64,000 bases of DNA from Candidatus Dojkabacteria bacterium (GCA_012513575.1 JAAZBX010000002.1:33830-97829), one strand, 5' to 3'. Positions 18,971 to 30,831 are shown, numbered from the stretch's first letter. A program made the numbers and translations. The notes: generated by a model not told the origin, from the sequence alone.

Positions 18971-19811
18971 CTCTGTAACATCTCATTAAATTAAGCATCA
19001 AGCACGCTATAGTCATGGGTCCTACTCCACCAGGGACAGGCGTAATGAAAGAGGGAATGCCCTGAACACTCTCCCAATTGACATCTCCAACAAATTTACC
19101 AGTCTCCGGATGCTTGTTGGACCCGACATCAATTAAAACACAATCATTTTTTAAGAAATCCGCATTGATAAAAAGAGCTTTGCCAACTGCGGATACAAGG
19201 ATATCTGCACTTCTTGAGACCTCTTCCACATTTACTGTATGTGAGTTACAAAGTGTTACCGTAGCATTTTTTTCTAGCATAAGGGCTGCAAGTGGTTTAC
19301 CAACAATCGTGCTCGAGCCTAAAATAACTACCCTTTTACCAAAAATTTTAATATTGTATGCTTCTAGAAGTTTCATTATCCCAAGTGGTGTTGCAGGAGG
19401 TATTGCTGAGGGATTTTTTTGAAAAAGCTTCCCTAGATTCGTAGGTGTTAAGCCATCAACATCTTTGGCTGGATTAATACTACCCAAAACTAAGTGCTTA
19501 TCAATGTGCTCTGGCAAAGGAAGTTGAATCATTAATCCATCAACATTTGAATCTTTGTTTAAAGAATCTACAAGGTTAACAATTTCTAGTGTATTTACTG
19601 CGTTATCTAACTGATGAACTTGTACTTGCAAGCCTATTTCTTTCGCAACTTTCTCTTTCATGCCCACATATTTTACACTCCCATAATCATCTCCAACGAG
19701 AATTACATCCAATCTTGGGACTCTAGAACCTGCATTTTTAACATTCAAAATATCAAAGGATATCTTACTCAAAATCTCCTTTGACATTTCCGCCCCATTT
19801 AAAATCTCCAT
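18957..19811 (-). CDS. folD: Methylene-THF dehydrogenase/cyclohydrolase
   Basis: YVGMK, GLMIQLPLP, KDVDG, PATPLG, VGKPLA, TPVPGGVGPMT. Confidence 0.97.
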   Translation of the reverse strand: MEILNGAEMSKEILSKISFDILNVKNAGSRVPRLDVILVGDDYGSVKYVGMKEKVAKEIGLQVQVHQLDNAVNTLEIVNLVDSLNKDSNVDGLMIQLPLPEHIDKHLVLGSINPAKDVDGLTPTNLGKLFQKNPSAIPPATPLGIMKLLEAYNIKIFGKRVVILGSSTIVGKPLAALMLEKNATVTLCNSHTVNVEEVSRSADILVSAVGKALFINADFLKNDCVLIDVGSNKHPETGKFVGDVNWESVQGIPSFITPVPGGVGPMTIACLMLNLMRCYRDGAK

Positions 19812-19828
19812 TAAAAAACAGTTACAAA

Positions 19829-21649
19829 TTATTCTTTATCACTTTTTTGCTGAATAAATTCCTGATAAAACATCCCTTTAACTTTTATTAATTCATTCCA
19901 ACTCCCAAATTCTACTATCTTTCCTCCCTTAAAGTAATAGATTCTATCAAATTTATCAAGTAAGCTAATATTTCTAGTTATGTAAATTAATGATTTTTCT
20001 CTGCCCAAATATTTGAATATGTTCTCTAATATATTCTCTCCTGATTTATTGTCCACATAGGTAAAGGGTTCATCCATAATGAAAATACTCTTATTTCTGT
20101 ATAACATACGGGCAATTGCAAGCCTTTGCCAGTAGGCTGGAGACAGCTCTTTGCCTGAAGGAAATGTTTTTCCTAAAATACTCTCATCATCAACATGAAC
20201 AACTTTCTTGAATTTATTTACCCCAGCAGTTTCGATTACTGTATCATATAATTCCCTGTTTACTTTCTTTCTTTGACCAGAGATGACAACGTTTTCCCTT
20301 AGACTGAAATGGTAATTAATAAAGTCCTGAAATATTATCGAAAGCTTCTTCTTTAACTGCCCCCTATTTAACTCCTTAGTTGGAATATCATTTAGTAAGT
20401 ACTCCCCTTGTTCAACTCCATACAAACCAGTAAGAATTTTTACTACAGTGCTTTTACCAGAGCCATCTCCACCAAAGAATGCTACTTTCTCACCTGGTTC
20501 AATAATCAAACTTAAGTTATCAAGAACAGTAGTTTCGGGTTCATCTGGATAGGAGAAGGAAAGGTTCTTGAATTCCAATTTTGGTGTCCCCTTTGGAAGC
20601 CTTTTCTCCCCATGATAGACGTCTCCAAAGCCTTGGAAATTAATCAAATCAAAAAATTTATCAATATACCCTAAGTTTGTTGAGACTAAAGAAAGTGAAT
20701 TGAATATATCAGTAATACTTGTGTGAGCGACTTCGACATAGTCATAAAGGGCTTTGAAAGTACCAAAAGAAAGTTTTTTTGTAATCGATACCGCAAGAAC
20801 ATAAATTATGTAAGCATATTTAAACAGATTGCTTAAAATCCCAAAGACTGATTTTGTTTTGTAAAAAAGATATTGACTCTTGTAATAGCCATCTAAGTAT
20901 TCATCATATTCTTCTGTGTATCTCCTTTTGAGAAAATTGTAAATATTATTTACTCTTAATTCTAGGAAGTTACTTATCGTAAGGGCAAGATTCTGGACAT
21001 ATGCCAGAAATCTCAATTTCCCTACAGATTCGTCAAGGTAATCTCTTATCCTCCTCCTTCTATAATGTATGGCTAAGGCTTCTGGGATTACAAATGCCAC
21101 TAAAAGGATAACAGTAGGTCCGACCTCTCCCGCAAGTATAATTACAGCAGAAAGAAGTCTAACAACATTACTAAGTATTATCGAGAAATTATCATATACG
21201 TCTACAATTCTTCCGATGGAAAAAGAGGGTGCAAATGCGAGCATATCTTGAAATTGTTTTTTCTCCACATCTTGGAGATTTGAATTCGCGACTTTAGATA
21301 TCATCATTGTTTGGGATTCACTCCACACTTTTTCATAAATTACGGTGTATAGGTATGCTCGAAGTTGGGTGCAGATGTGTTTAACTACCCAGAGGAGAAA
21401 AATTATCATAAGAAATTTAAATGAATCAGAGACCAAGAAGAGTTTAAAATCAAAACCGTTCCAATTTAGGAGAATGTCGGCTGTTGCATCAATAAATCTT
21501 CCTAAAATTTTAATCCCATAGATTTCGGAAGCAGTTGAAATAATAAATAAAAAATCCCTAGATACAGAGACAACTGTATACTTACCATAAACAAAAGATA
21601 GTACTTTCTTTAAAGTTGAAATTTTTTTTACTAACTTTTCCGACAACAT
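19829..21649 (-). CDS. ABC exporter-type fused permease/ATPase with degenerate NBD motifs
   Basis: TM domain then GGDGSGKST, IIFQDF, ELSPAYWQRLAIAR, IMDEP; likely start MLSEK at 21649. Confidence 0.85.
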   Translation of the reverse strand: MLSEKLVKKISTLKKVLSFVYGKYTVVSVSRDFLFIISTASEIYGIKILGRFIDATADILLNWNGFDFKLFLVSDSFKFLMIIFLLWVVKHICTQLRAYLYTVIYEKVWSESQTMMISKVANSNLQDVEKKQFQDMLAFAPSFSIGRIVDVYDNFSIILSNVVRLLSAVIILAGEVGPTVILLVAFVIPEALAIHYRRRRIRDYLDESVGKLRFLAYVQNLALTISNFLELRVNNIYNFLKRRYTEEYDEYLDGYYKSQYLFYKTKSVFGILSNLFKYAYIIYVLAVSITKKLSFGTFKALYDYVEVAHTSITDIFNSLSLVSTNLGYIDKFFDLINFQGFGDVYHGEKRLPKGTPKLEFKNLSFSYPDEPETTVLDNLSLIIEPGEKVAFFGGDGSGKSTVVKILTGLYGVEQGEYLLNDIPTKELNRGQLKKKLSIIFQDFINYHFSLRENVVISGQRKKVNRELYDTVIETAGVNKFKKVVHVDDESILGKTFPSGKELSPAYWQRLAIARMLYRNKSIFIMDEPFTYVDNKSGENILENIFKYLGREKSLIYITRNISLLDKFDRIYYFKGGKIVEFGSWNELIKVKGMFYQEFIQQKSDKE

Positions 21650-21684
21650 ATAAGATATAATAACACGAGAGGAAGGAAGATTGC

Positions 21685-22140
21685 ATGAGAGACAATAAAT
21701 ATTTAGAAAATATTTTGTGGGATTTATGGGACAATAACTTTTGCGATGTTCCAAGAAAGAATTTAGTTGTAATTAAATTTGGCAAATTTTCTAAAAGGCA
21801 GCTTGGGAGCATTAAACTCGCAAATGGTAGGACTAAAATTAAAAGTTTAATTCGGAAAAAAGAAGATGAATTGAATGTTCAAGATGATAAAAGTATTACT
21901 GTTGTTACAGTTACAAGATTTTTTCAAAAAGATGTGGTCCCAGAATTCGTTGTCAGGGCAACTATTGCACATGAGCTCTGTCATTACACTCACGGATTTC
22001 AATCTCCTCTGGAAAAGAAATTTGATAAACCACATCAAGGGAATATCATAAATAAGGAATTAGCAAAAAGAGGATTGCTTGAAGAAGAAAAGAAGGCTGA
22101 TAAGTGGCTAAAAGAGAATTGGTTAAAAATTGTATATTAA
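21685..22140 (+). CDS. SprT-like zinc metalloprotease-domain protein
   Basis: RQLGSI, HELCH (HExxH), downstream PH. Confidence 0.7.
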   Translation: MRDNKYLENILWDLWDNNFCDVPRKNLVVIKFGKFSKRQLGSIKLANGRTKIKSLIRKKEDELNVQDDKSITVVTVTRFFQKDVVPEFVVRATIAHELCHYTHGFQSPLEKKFDKPHQGNIINKELAKRGLLEEEKKADKWLKENWLKIVY

Positions 22141-22166
22141 AAAAGGGACTCTTTTGAGTCCCTTTT
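22141..22166. terminator. Bidirectional intrinsic terminator
   Basis: AAAAGGGACTC-TTTT-GAGTCCCTTTT perfect hairpin between convergent genes. Confidence 0.9.
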
Positions 22167-22185
22167 ACAGCCACAAATATCCGTA

Positions 22186-23826
<1,641 letters not shown>

Positions 23827-23836
23827 TTAATCAAAA

Positions 23837-24136
23837 TTATTTAATTACTGCAAGAACATCTCCTGCATCTAATAAGAGAAATCTTTCTCCATCAATTTCT
23901 AATTCATCAGGAGAATATTTTTTGAAATATACTCTATCACCAACTTTTACGTTAAATTCCATTTGTTTCCCTTTAACCTTTCCCTCACCCAATTTGACTA
24001 TAATTCCTGTTTCTGGTTTCTGGTCCTCAGTTGATGTAGGAGGTAAAATAAGGCCTCCTGTAGTTTTTTCATCAACTTTATCAGGAGAGACAAGAACACG
24101 GCTACCAATAGGCGTAATTTTTATATCTTTAGACAT
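23837..24136 (-). CDS. groS: Co-chaperonin GroES
   Basis: PIGSRVLV, TTGGLILP, VKVGDRV; upstream of groL. Confidence 0.97.
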   Translation of the reverse strand: MSKDIKITPIGSRVLVSPDKVDEKTTGGLILPPTSTEDQKPETGIIVKLGEGKVKGKQMEFNVKVGDRVYFKKYSPDELEIDGERFLLLDAGDVLAVIK

Positions 24137-24142
24137 TTTATA

Positions 24143-24169
24143 CTAGCAGATAAAATTAACGATTGCTAA
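24143..24169 (-). promoter_or_regulatory. CIRCE-like HrcA operator of groES-groEL
   Basis: Minus strand TTAGCAATC-N9-ATCTGCTAG, same geometry as TTAGCACTC-N9-GAGTGCTAA; promoter TTGAAT(24198-24193)-N18-TACAAT(24174-24169) with extended-10 TG immediately upstream. Confidence 0.85.
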
Positions 24170-24238
24170 TTGTAGCATAAGAGAGTCCAGATATTCAAGC
24201 CCTAATTATGAAATATTGTGTTTGAAATACTATCTTGC

Positions 24239-24838
24239 CTAGAAACTCCCCTTTAAAACCACTGAGTCAAACAGAAGGTCGATATTAATTATATCTTTCC
24301 CTAAAAAGCCATTTTCTAATACCAATACTAAAGCATCACTTATTCCTTTGTTAATTTTTTCTAAAATATTTTTAGATAGAAACAAAGGTACTTTCATATC
24401 ACCTAAATATATATTCCTTGAATAAAGTTCTGCTGTTTCCCTGCTGTCTTTTACAATATCCAATCCCAACCAAGGTAGTTGAATATTATTAAATTTAGAA
24501 TGAATAAATAGCTTCCAAATACCTTTTTGGGAATCAAGACAAATATCTTGAATATCTAACTCAGAAGAGGAGTTAATTGAATCATAGAGGATGATTAGAA
24601 TCTCTTTTTTGGTAAAAGTAACAAATTCTGAGAAATAATCAGATAATACAAAATCCTTAATTTTTTCTGAAATATTAAGCTCCTCTGATTGATCTAATTC
24701 CTCTTCATCAGAGATACAAATGATATTAGTATTTGACTCAAAACCCTTTATCCAAGAAGAGTATCTAATTATTAGATACCCTATGAAAGACACAATTAAT
24801 AACAAGATTATGCAAAATATAAATAAAAATTTTTTCAT
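24239..24838 (-). CDS. Hypothetical membrane-anchored protein
   Basis: N-terminal TM; directly downstream of murJ. Confidence 0.7.
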   Translation of the reverse strand: MKKFLFIFCIILLLIVSFIGYLIIRYSSWIKGFESNTNIICISDEEELDQSEELNISEKIKDFVLSDYFSEFVTFTKKEILIILYDSINSSSELDIQDICLDSQKGIWKLFIHSKFNNIQLPWLGLDIVKDSRETAELYSRNIYLGDMKVPLFLSKNILEKINKGISDALVLVLENGFLGKDIINIDLLFDSVVLKGSF

Positions 24839-24841
24839 TAA

Positions 24842-26611
24842 TTAAAACTTTTTAAATATCTTTTTCCAATAATAAATAACTTTATCTTCGTAGAAATCTA
24901 TTTCTTTAATTCCTAACACTTTTGATCCAAGCCAATATGATAAGACACCATAGAAAGATGTCGCAATTGTTAAAATAATTATTGATACTGTTCTGGTTGT
25001 ATCAAGTTTGAAATCAAACAATCTGAAAACAAGATACATCCCAAAAGACATCAAGGCAACATTGATGAACTTTACTATCATTGGGGAAATAGTTTCTCTA
25101 AAAGAAAAAACCTTTATCTTTCTATTTAACATTGTCATAAGAATCACAACTTCAACAAAAGCAGCAATGCTTAGGCTCAATGAGAGACCTCCTACAGCCA
25201 TATCGGATTCCCCCCTTGTAGTACACCATTTCACAATATCCCCAAGGAAAGACTTTAAGACTTCAAGTAATCCATTACCATTTGCAGAGGAAATCTGAGA
25301 TCCAATCTGTTGTAATATTGGTCTCCAGTCAAAATAATGACTTAGAAAATTAGTTAGAAGAAAAGCAAAAGTAATATTTACTAAAATCCCTACTCCCAAT
25401 GCAAAAAAGGGTAACCATGTAGATTTAAGGGCATAGAACGCTCTCAATAGTAATTGAGACAAAGTTTGTCCTATTATTGCTACAGATAAAAGGACAAGAC
25501 ACCATGCAGTCAACAGAGTGGCCGTCCAATCAAACTCACCAACACCATAAACCAACCTTACAATAGGAAGTCTTAATATTAGCAAAATACCTACTAATGG
25601 AAGAACCAAAAAGAGGGCCTGTTGCAACGATTTATTAAGAATCTTTTTGAATTCTTGAGGATCATCTGCACTCTCAGATAATTCGGGAAGAATTGATTGT
25701 GCTATAGCACTTCCAATAATGTTAACCGGAAACAAATAAAGGCTTAAGGCGAATTTATATGCACTTAATGCCCCTGCTTTCAGAGAGAAGCTTATCATCG
25801 TATTCACAATCACATTCACTTGCTCTCCAAAAGTAGAGAACATTTTTGGGAGAGCTAACTTCAGTGCTCTCCAAATTTGTGTATCCTTTAGCGCATTGAC
25901 TAGTCCCAATATTGAGAATTTTATCTTTTCAGAAAAATATTTCTTAAGAGGTGGTATCTGAATTGTGAAATGCAGAAAAGATCCTAAAAGAGCTGATAAG
26001 GCAATACCTGTTACATCCATTTTAAGGATTGAAACAAAAAAAATCGGTCCCAATACCATTGCTATGTTATATATTAGAGGGGCTAAAGATGTAACAAAGA
26101 ACTGTTTTCTTGACTGAAGATATCCAGTTACAATTGTACTTATACCGAGAAGGACAGGAGAGATCATCATTATTCTTGTTAATTTAACAAACAGCTCCAT
26201 GTCATTAGGAGTAATCCTGTTGTTAAAATTTGATATATTTTGAAAGAGATCTGAGGAAATGAGGAATTGGGAGATTTGTGGAGCGAATACAAATAGTATT
26301 AGTGCAATAAACATGACTAAGGATGAGATTGCAATCATCAAATTGAGGAAGAACTTATTAAGCTCCTTCTCTCCTTCACTTTTGAATACAGACGAGAACA
26401 AAGGGATTATGGCCGCATTCAACGATCCGGCAATAACTATCATAAAAAGAGCATCTGGAATGGTAAAAGCTGCCCAAAAAATATCTAACTCATGAGAGGC
26501 TCCAAATAACTGAGCAATTATTCTTAATTTTAAGAAACCGAGTATCTTTGTGATAAAAAGCAATACCATCATTGCATATATGCTATTTCTCTTTTTTAAG
26601 CCGTCAGCCAT
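24842..26611 (-). CDS. murJ: MurJ/MviN lipid II flippase-family protein
   Basis: KILGFLK, FGAS.ELDIFWAAFTIPD, AAIIPLF, LPELS, LLRAFYALK; many TMs; start MADG at 26611 assumed. Confidence 0.9.
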   Translation of the reverse strand: MADGLKKRNSIYAMMVLLFITKILGFLKLRIIAQLFGASHELDIFWAAFTIPDALFMIVIAGSLNAAIIPLFSSVFKSEGEKELNKFFLNLMIAISSLVMFIALILFVFAPQISQFLISSDLFQNISNFNNRITPNDMELFVKLTRIMMISPVLLGISTIVTGYLQSRKQFFVTSLAPLIYNIAMVLGPIFFVSILKMDVTGIALSALLGSFLHFTIQIPPLKKYFSEKIKFSILGLVNALKDTQIWRALKLALPKMFSTFGEQVNVIVNTMISFSLKAGALSAYKFALSLYLFPVNIIGSAIAQSILPELSESADDPQEFKKILNKSLQQALFLVLPLVGILLILRLPIVRLVYGVGEFDWTATLLTAWCLVLLSVAIIGQTLSQLLLRAFYALKSTWLPFFALGVGILVNITFAFLLTNFLSHYFDWRPILQQIGSQISSANGNGLLEVLKSFLGDIVKWCTTRGESDMAVGGLSLSLSIAAFVEVVILMTMLNRKIKVFSFRETISPMIVKFINVALMSFGMYLVFRLFDFKLDTTRTVSIIILTIATSFYGVLSYWLGSKVLGIKEIDFYEDKVIYYWKKIFKKF

Positions 26612-26723
26612 AAGAATAAGTATTAGTTGATATGTGCCTAATATCATATTCTAAACAAAGTTTTTTATCAATTACAGCAGAGTTTTAAGTTGTATTTAAT
26701 TATTCTCACTTAATATTTGATAT

Positions 26724-27443
26724 ATGGATATCTTGGACATACTATTCCCCAAATCTTGTGTCATTTGTTCAAAACATGGAGATTATTTATGCAATAGATG
26801 TAAGAAATTATTTAAAAAAAGTCTTCCTGAATGTTACAGATGCAGAAAAATCTCCCCAAATTATCTCACCCACAAGAAATGTGCAAAAATTTCTTCGTTA
26901 GATTCGGTTGCTGTTTTGTGGGAATATAATGAACTTTCTTCAACAGTATTAAAGAAATACAAATATGGAGGGGTTCTAGATATCGAAGATACTTTTTTAG
27001 AATTAATAGAAAAAAGGTTGAGTGAAATAAAGGAGAGCATCATTTTGGGCTCAAAAACTTTAGTCTCTCCCGTTCCGATATCAAAGAATAGACTCAGAGA
27101 GAGGGGTTTTAATCAAACAGAAAAAATTGCAGAAGTAATTTCTAAAGAATTAAACCGCACCTTTATGACTGATTTGATAATGAGAAAAAATAGTGATTCT
27201 ATTCACCAATCTCTTCTCTCAAAAGAGGAAAGACTCTTTCATAAAGAAGGATTCTTTGTCCCAAATGGGAATTTATTGAAAAGTATAACAGATATACTTA
27301 TTATTGACGATGTAATTACCACTGGTTCTACTTTAGAACAGATCACAAAATGTATTAAGAAAGTAGTTCCCAAGATGTCCGTAAAATCAATATGTATATT
27401 CAGAGGAAAACCGTATTACAAAAGACAGGAGCCTATACAATGA
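26724..27443 (+). CDS. comF: ComF/ComFC competence protein (double zinc ribbon + PRTase fold)
   Basis: LFPKSCVIC..LCNRC..CYRC; PVP..RLRERGFNQ; IIDDVITTGST. Confidence 0.9.
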   Translation: MDILDILFPKSCVICSKHGDYLCNRCKKLFKKSLPECYRCRKISPNYLTHKKCAKISSLDSVAVLWEYNELSSTVLKKYKYGGVLDIEDTFLELIEKRLSEIKESIILGSKTLVSPVPISKNRLRERGFNQTEKIAEVISKELNRTFMTDLIMRKNSDSIHQSLLSKEERLFHKEGFFVPNGNLLKSITDILIIDDVITTGSTLEQITKCIKKVVPKMSVKSICIFRGKPYYKRQEPIQ

Positions 27444-30014
27444 TTATTCATACCTTAGTACCTCTGTTGGTTTTACTTTCAATGGCTTCCTGGAAACTAG
27501 AAATACTAGAACTAAAACAAGAATAATAATCCCTAAATCCATGGCTATAGAATTTTTGAAATCAAAATTTAATTTCTGATTAATCACAAACCCAAAAAAC
27601 TTTTCTCCATATCTATTAATAACCTCAGAAGCCACATAAGCCATAAGAGAAGCAAATACAGAAGTTATCACAGTCATTACACCATACTCTAACAAAACCA
27701 TCCATACTATCTCCTTCTGTACAAAACCCAAAGTCTTGTAAATTGCAAAATCCCTACTTCTACTCGTTACATCTAAAACAGTAACAATTATAATTAAAAT
27801 GACTCCTGCTAACAAAGCCAAGGAAGCGATACTAATAGAGAATCTTACCATTGTATCTAAAATCGCATTCATTTCCTCCTCAATCCTAAATGAACTCTCA
27901 ATCAATGTGTTTGGTAATTTTGCGACTTTCTCATAGAAAGGCTGATAATTCTCTTCCTTAACATTCAACCAATATTCTTTAACATATTTATTTATTCCCA
28001 AACTGTTGAATTTTTCTTTTGAAATAAAACCTCCTGCCGGTAGATATTTAATAGAACCTCCCTTATGTTCAGGCATTTCGTAAAGACCCGTTACTGGCAT
28101 TTTTGCTTCCTCTCCATTTATTAGCAAAGTAACTGTATCTCCAATTTTATACCAGCCTATATCATCAAAAGACACAATTTTTCCATCTCCAGTTTCTGTC
28201 ACTTTCCCAAGATTCCCTTCAACCAAATACTCTGCATTATTCCCAACCACTAGAGTAATAATGCCAGACATATCCCCTGCTACAATTTTCAATCTACCGC
28301 CTAAATCATTAAGATCTACACCGATAATTTCAGAAAAAGATTGGTTCTTCTCATCTAATTTTGCCTTATACATAACAAATCCTTTATCAACTCCATTCAT
28401 CTTTAACACTTTACCGTCATCTGTAGCACCATCCACCAACGATGTGACCACAACATTTGTATCAGCCTCTACTTCTTGATACCTATCCTTATACTCACCA
28501 CTCGCTGTGTTCACTAAAATCATAATGAAATTAACAGTAAACATACCAAGAAAAATGGCAACCATAGCAAAAACGATCTTCTTGTAACTCTGCCTCAAAC
28601 TATCCCATGTGAATTCTACAAAGTTATGACTCTTTACTGGAATCCTTAAAATCAAAAAGAATATTAACCTAAATAACAAAGAAAATAGAAGAAGCACAAT
28701 AGAGACTAGACCAACTGCGCCAAGACCATATTCTAGTGATTTTGTTAAAAAAATACTAATACCACAGAAGAGAAGCCCAACCATCAGAAATCTCAATACC
28801 CCTTTATTTTTAGAACTCTTATTCTGCCTTATATCCAAATCTTTCAAAGCATATGTCGGTTTCAGTTCTGCCACATTACTAATAGAGATATACGCAAAAA
28901 TAACTGAGGAAACAATACTAACTAGAAGCGAAAGACCAATAGCAACAAAATTCAAACTTTTGTTAAAATCCAAGATTTCCATCTCCCCAGTACTAATGAT
29001 CTCAAGAAGATACCTAAAGAAAATAAAGCCAAGCGATACCCCAACAACACTACCAATTATTGAAATTAAAGCAACTTCCAATAATAACATTGTTGAAATA
29101 TCTCTTTTGGTAAAACCAATGGATTTCATGATACCTATCTCTTTTCGCCTTTTGAGGATAATTGTATTAACAGCACTAGCAATACCAAAACTACCAACAA
29201 ACAAACCTAACACACTAAGCCCTTTTATAAGAGTAAATACTTTAATAGAACCTCTTGCACTATCTTTCTCTGCCTGATTTCTATCCCAAAAACTAACAGT
29301 AGCACCAACATCAGAAGGAAAAATACTCGCTATTCGAAATTTAATCTTATCAAAATCATCTCCTACAATATCTGCATAAAACGTATATGCCCTCTCACCC
29401 TTAAAAAGATTCTTATTCACATAGATATTTGTTGCAGAAGATAAGGGAGAAGTTGTAATCCCTATCAACTTTAATTGATGCATATCATACATATCAGATG
29501 AGTAGATTACAAAAGTATCCCCTATTTGGAGATTTCCCCTTTTGGCAAGGTTTCCCGACAAAATAGCACTATCTTGGATTCGTTCCAAGTCCCTAAAAGA
29601 AATATTCGGAGTTAGTACTTTCTTTGTTCCTTCAAGAGGAAACCTATTATCCTCATATCCTACAGGCAGAATATTTCTAGATTTCCCAAATCCCAAATTG
29701 TACATTCTGTGATTAATAGGAACACTTGTGTATGTAAACTCCTTAATTGCGCCATCTCTCTTCATTTCCTCTAATTTATTCTTTACAAGATTAAAATTCT
29801 CCTCATTTTGCTCCATTGGCGTTATAGTAATATCTCCTCCGATTGTCGCCCTAGGATTGTCATCAAGAGCTTCTCTCAAAGTCTCAGAAAGAGAGAGAAG
29901 AGACATTACACACAAAGATGAAAACATAACTGAGAGAGATATTATTGCAGCAACTATTCCAAGATATTTGATGGAGGATCTTGTTTTTTCAAAAAAGAAT
30001 TTTGTTTTATTCAT
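27444..30014 (-). CDS. FtsX/MacB-like ABC permease with duplicated architecture
   Basis: Two FtsX-like repeats (RRKEIGIMKSIGF; RSRDFAIYKTLGF), C-terminal KPTEVLRYE. Confidence 0.9.
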   Translation of the reverse strand: MNKTKFFFEKTRSSIKYLGIVAAIISLSVMFSSLCVMSLLSLSETLREALDDNPRATIGGDITITPMEQNEENFNLVKNKLEEMKRDGAIKEFTYTSVPINHRMYNLGFGKSRNILPVGYEDNRFPLEGTKKVLTPNISFRDLERIQDSAILSGNLAKRGNLQIGDTFVIYSSDMYDMHQLKLIGITTSPLSSATNIYVNKNLFKGERAYTFYADIVGDDFDKIKFRIASIFPSDVGATVSFWDRNQAEKDSARGSIKVFTLIKGLSVLGLFVGSFGIASAVNTIILKRRKEIGIMKSIGFTKRDISTMLLLEVALISIIGSVVGVSLGFIFFRYLLEIISTGEMEILDFNKSLNFVAIGLSLLVSIVSSVIFAYISISNVAELKPTYALKDLDIRQNKSSKNKGVLRFLMVGLLFCGISIFLTKSLEYGLGAVGLVSIVLLLFSLLFRLIFFLILRIPVKSHNFVEFTWDSLRQSYKKIVFAMVAIFLGMFTVNFIMILVNTASGEYKDRYQEVEADTNVVVTSLVDGATDDGKVLKMNGVDKGFVMYKAKLDEKNQSFSEIIGVDLNDLGGRLKIVAGDMSGIITLVVGNNAEYLVEGNLGKVTETGDGKIVSFDDIGWYKIGDTVTLLINGEEAKMPVTGLYEMPEHKGGSIKYLPAGGFISKEKFNSLGINKYVKEYWLNVKEENYQPFYEKVAKLPNTLIESSFRIEEEMNAILDTMVRFSISIASLALLAGVILIIIVTVLDVTSRSRDFAIYKTLGFVQKEIVWMVLLEYGVMTVITSVFASLMAYVASEVINRYGEKFFGFVINQKLNFDFKNSIAMDLGIIILVLVLVFLVSRKPLKVKPTEVLRYE

Positions 30015-30681
30015 TTGCTATTATTCCATCAGAAATTTTAACTACTCTATCCGCTAATTTTGCAATTTCGTTATTATGTGTTGCCATTATTATAGTGAGA
30101 TGCATTTCTTTACTAACTTTTTGCATTAAATCTAAAATCTCTTTTCCTGTTTTAGCATCGAGGTTACCTGTAGGTTCGTCTGCTACAAGAATTTTAGGCT
30201 TATTTATCAATGCTCTTGCTATTGCCACTCTTTGTTGTTCACCTCCTGATAGTTCTCCTGGTTTGTGTGTTTCTCTGTGGGATAGACCAACCATGTTTAG
30301 TAGTTCTTTTGTTCTTTGATCTATTTCTTTAGAAGATAATTTATTCTTACCTGCATAAAGTGGCGCTTTTACATTTTGTATTGCATTTAAACTAGGAATT
30401 AGATTGTATGCTTGGAATATGATTCCTACATTTTTGTTTCTAAAGCGTGCTAGTTCATCTTCTTTCTTTTTTGAGATATCTTGACCATATATGAAGATAT
30501 CTCCAGATGTTGGAGAATCTATCCCTGCAAGAATGCCAAGTAATGTAGATTTACCAGAGCCTGATGGTCCCATTAAGGCAATGAATTCATCATCTCCTAT
30601 CTCTAAGTTTATACCTTTTAATACTTCTACTTTGTTTTTGTTTAAATCAAAAGACTTTGTGATATTTTTTAGTTGTATCAT
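30007..30681 (-). CDS. ABC ATP-binding protein (LolD/MacB-like)
   Basis: GPSGSGKST, LSGGEQQRVAIARAL, ADEPTGNLD, ATH. Confidence 0.95.
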   Translation of the reverse strand: MIQLKNITKSFDLNKNKVEVLKGINLEIGDDEFIALMGPSGSGKSTLLGILAGIDSPTSGDIFIYGQDISKKKEDELARFRNKNVGIIFQAYNLIPSLNAIQNVKAPLYAGKNKLSSKEIDQRTKELLNMVGLSHRETHKPGELSGGEQQRVAIARALINKPKILVADEPTGNLDAKTGKEILDLMQKVSKEMHLTIIMATHNNEIAKLADRVVKISDGIIANE

Positions 30682-30708
30682 TAAGATACGAAGTCAAATT
30701 AATGAGAG

Positions 30709-30773
30709 ATAATAGCATGAAGAGATTGTTGCAACTACCAATTTACAGTTGCTCTTAGTCAACTTTCAGTTGC
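30709..30773 (-). promoter_or_regulatory. Extended -10 promoter with phased GTTGC/CAACT repeats (putative regulator site)
   Basis: TGcTATTAT (30717-30709); GTTGC at 30728, 30748 and 30769; inverted pair GCAACT-N10-AGTTGC. Confidence 0.5.
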
Positions 30774-30780
30774 AATTCGC

Positions 30781-30812
30781 AAAAAATAAAGGGAGGCAAG
30801 AAGCCTCCCTTT
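30781..30812 (-). terminator. Intrinsic terminator of the dnaK operon
   Basis: AAAGGGAGGC-loop-GCCTCCCTTT followed by ATTTTTT on the minus strand. Confidence 0.9.
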
Positions 30813-30831
30813 GAACCAGAGAAATTGAATA

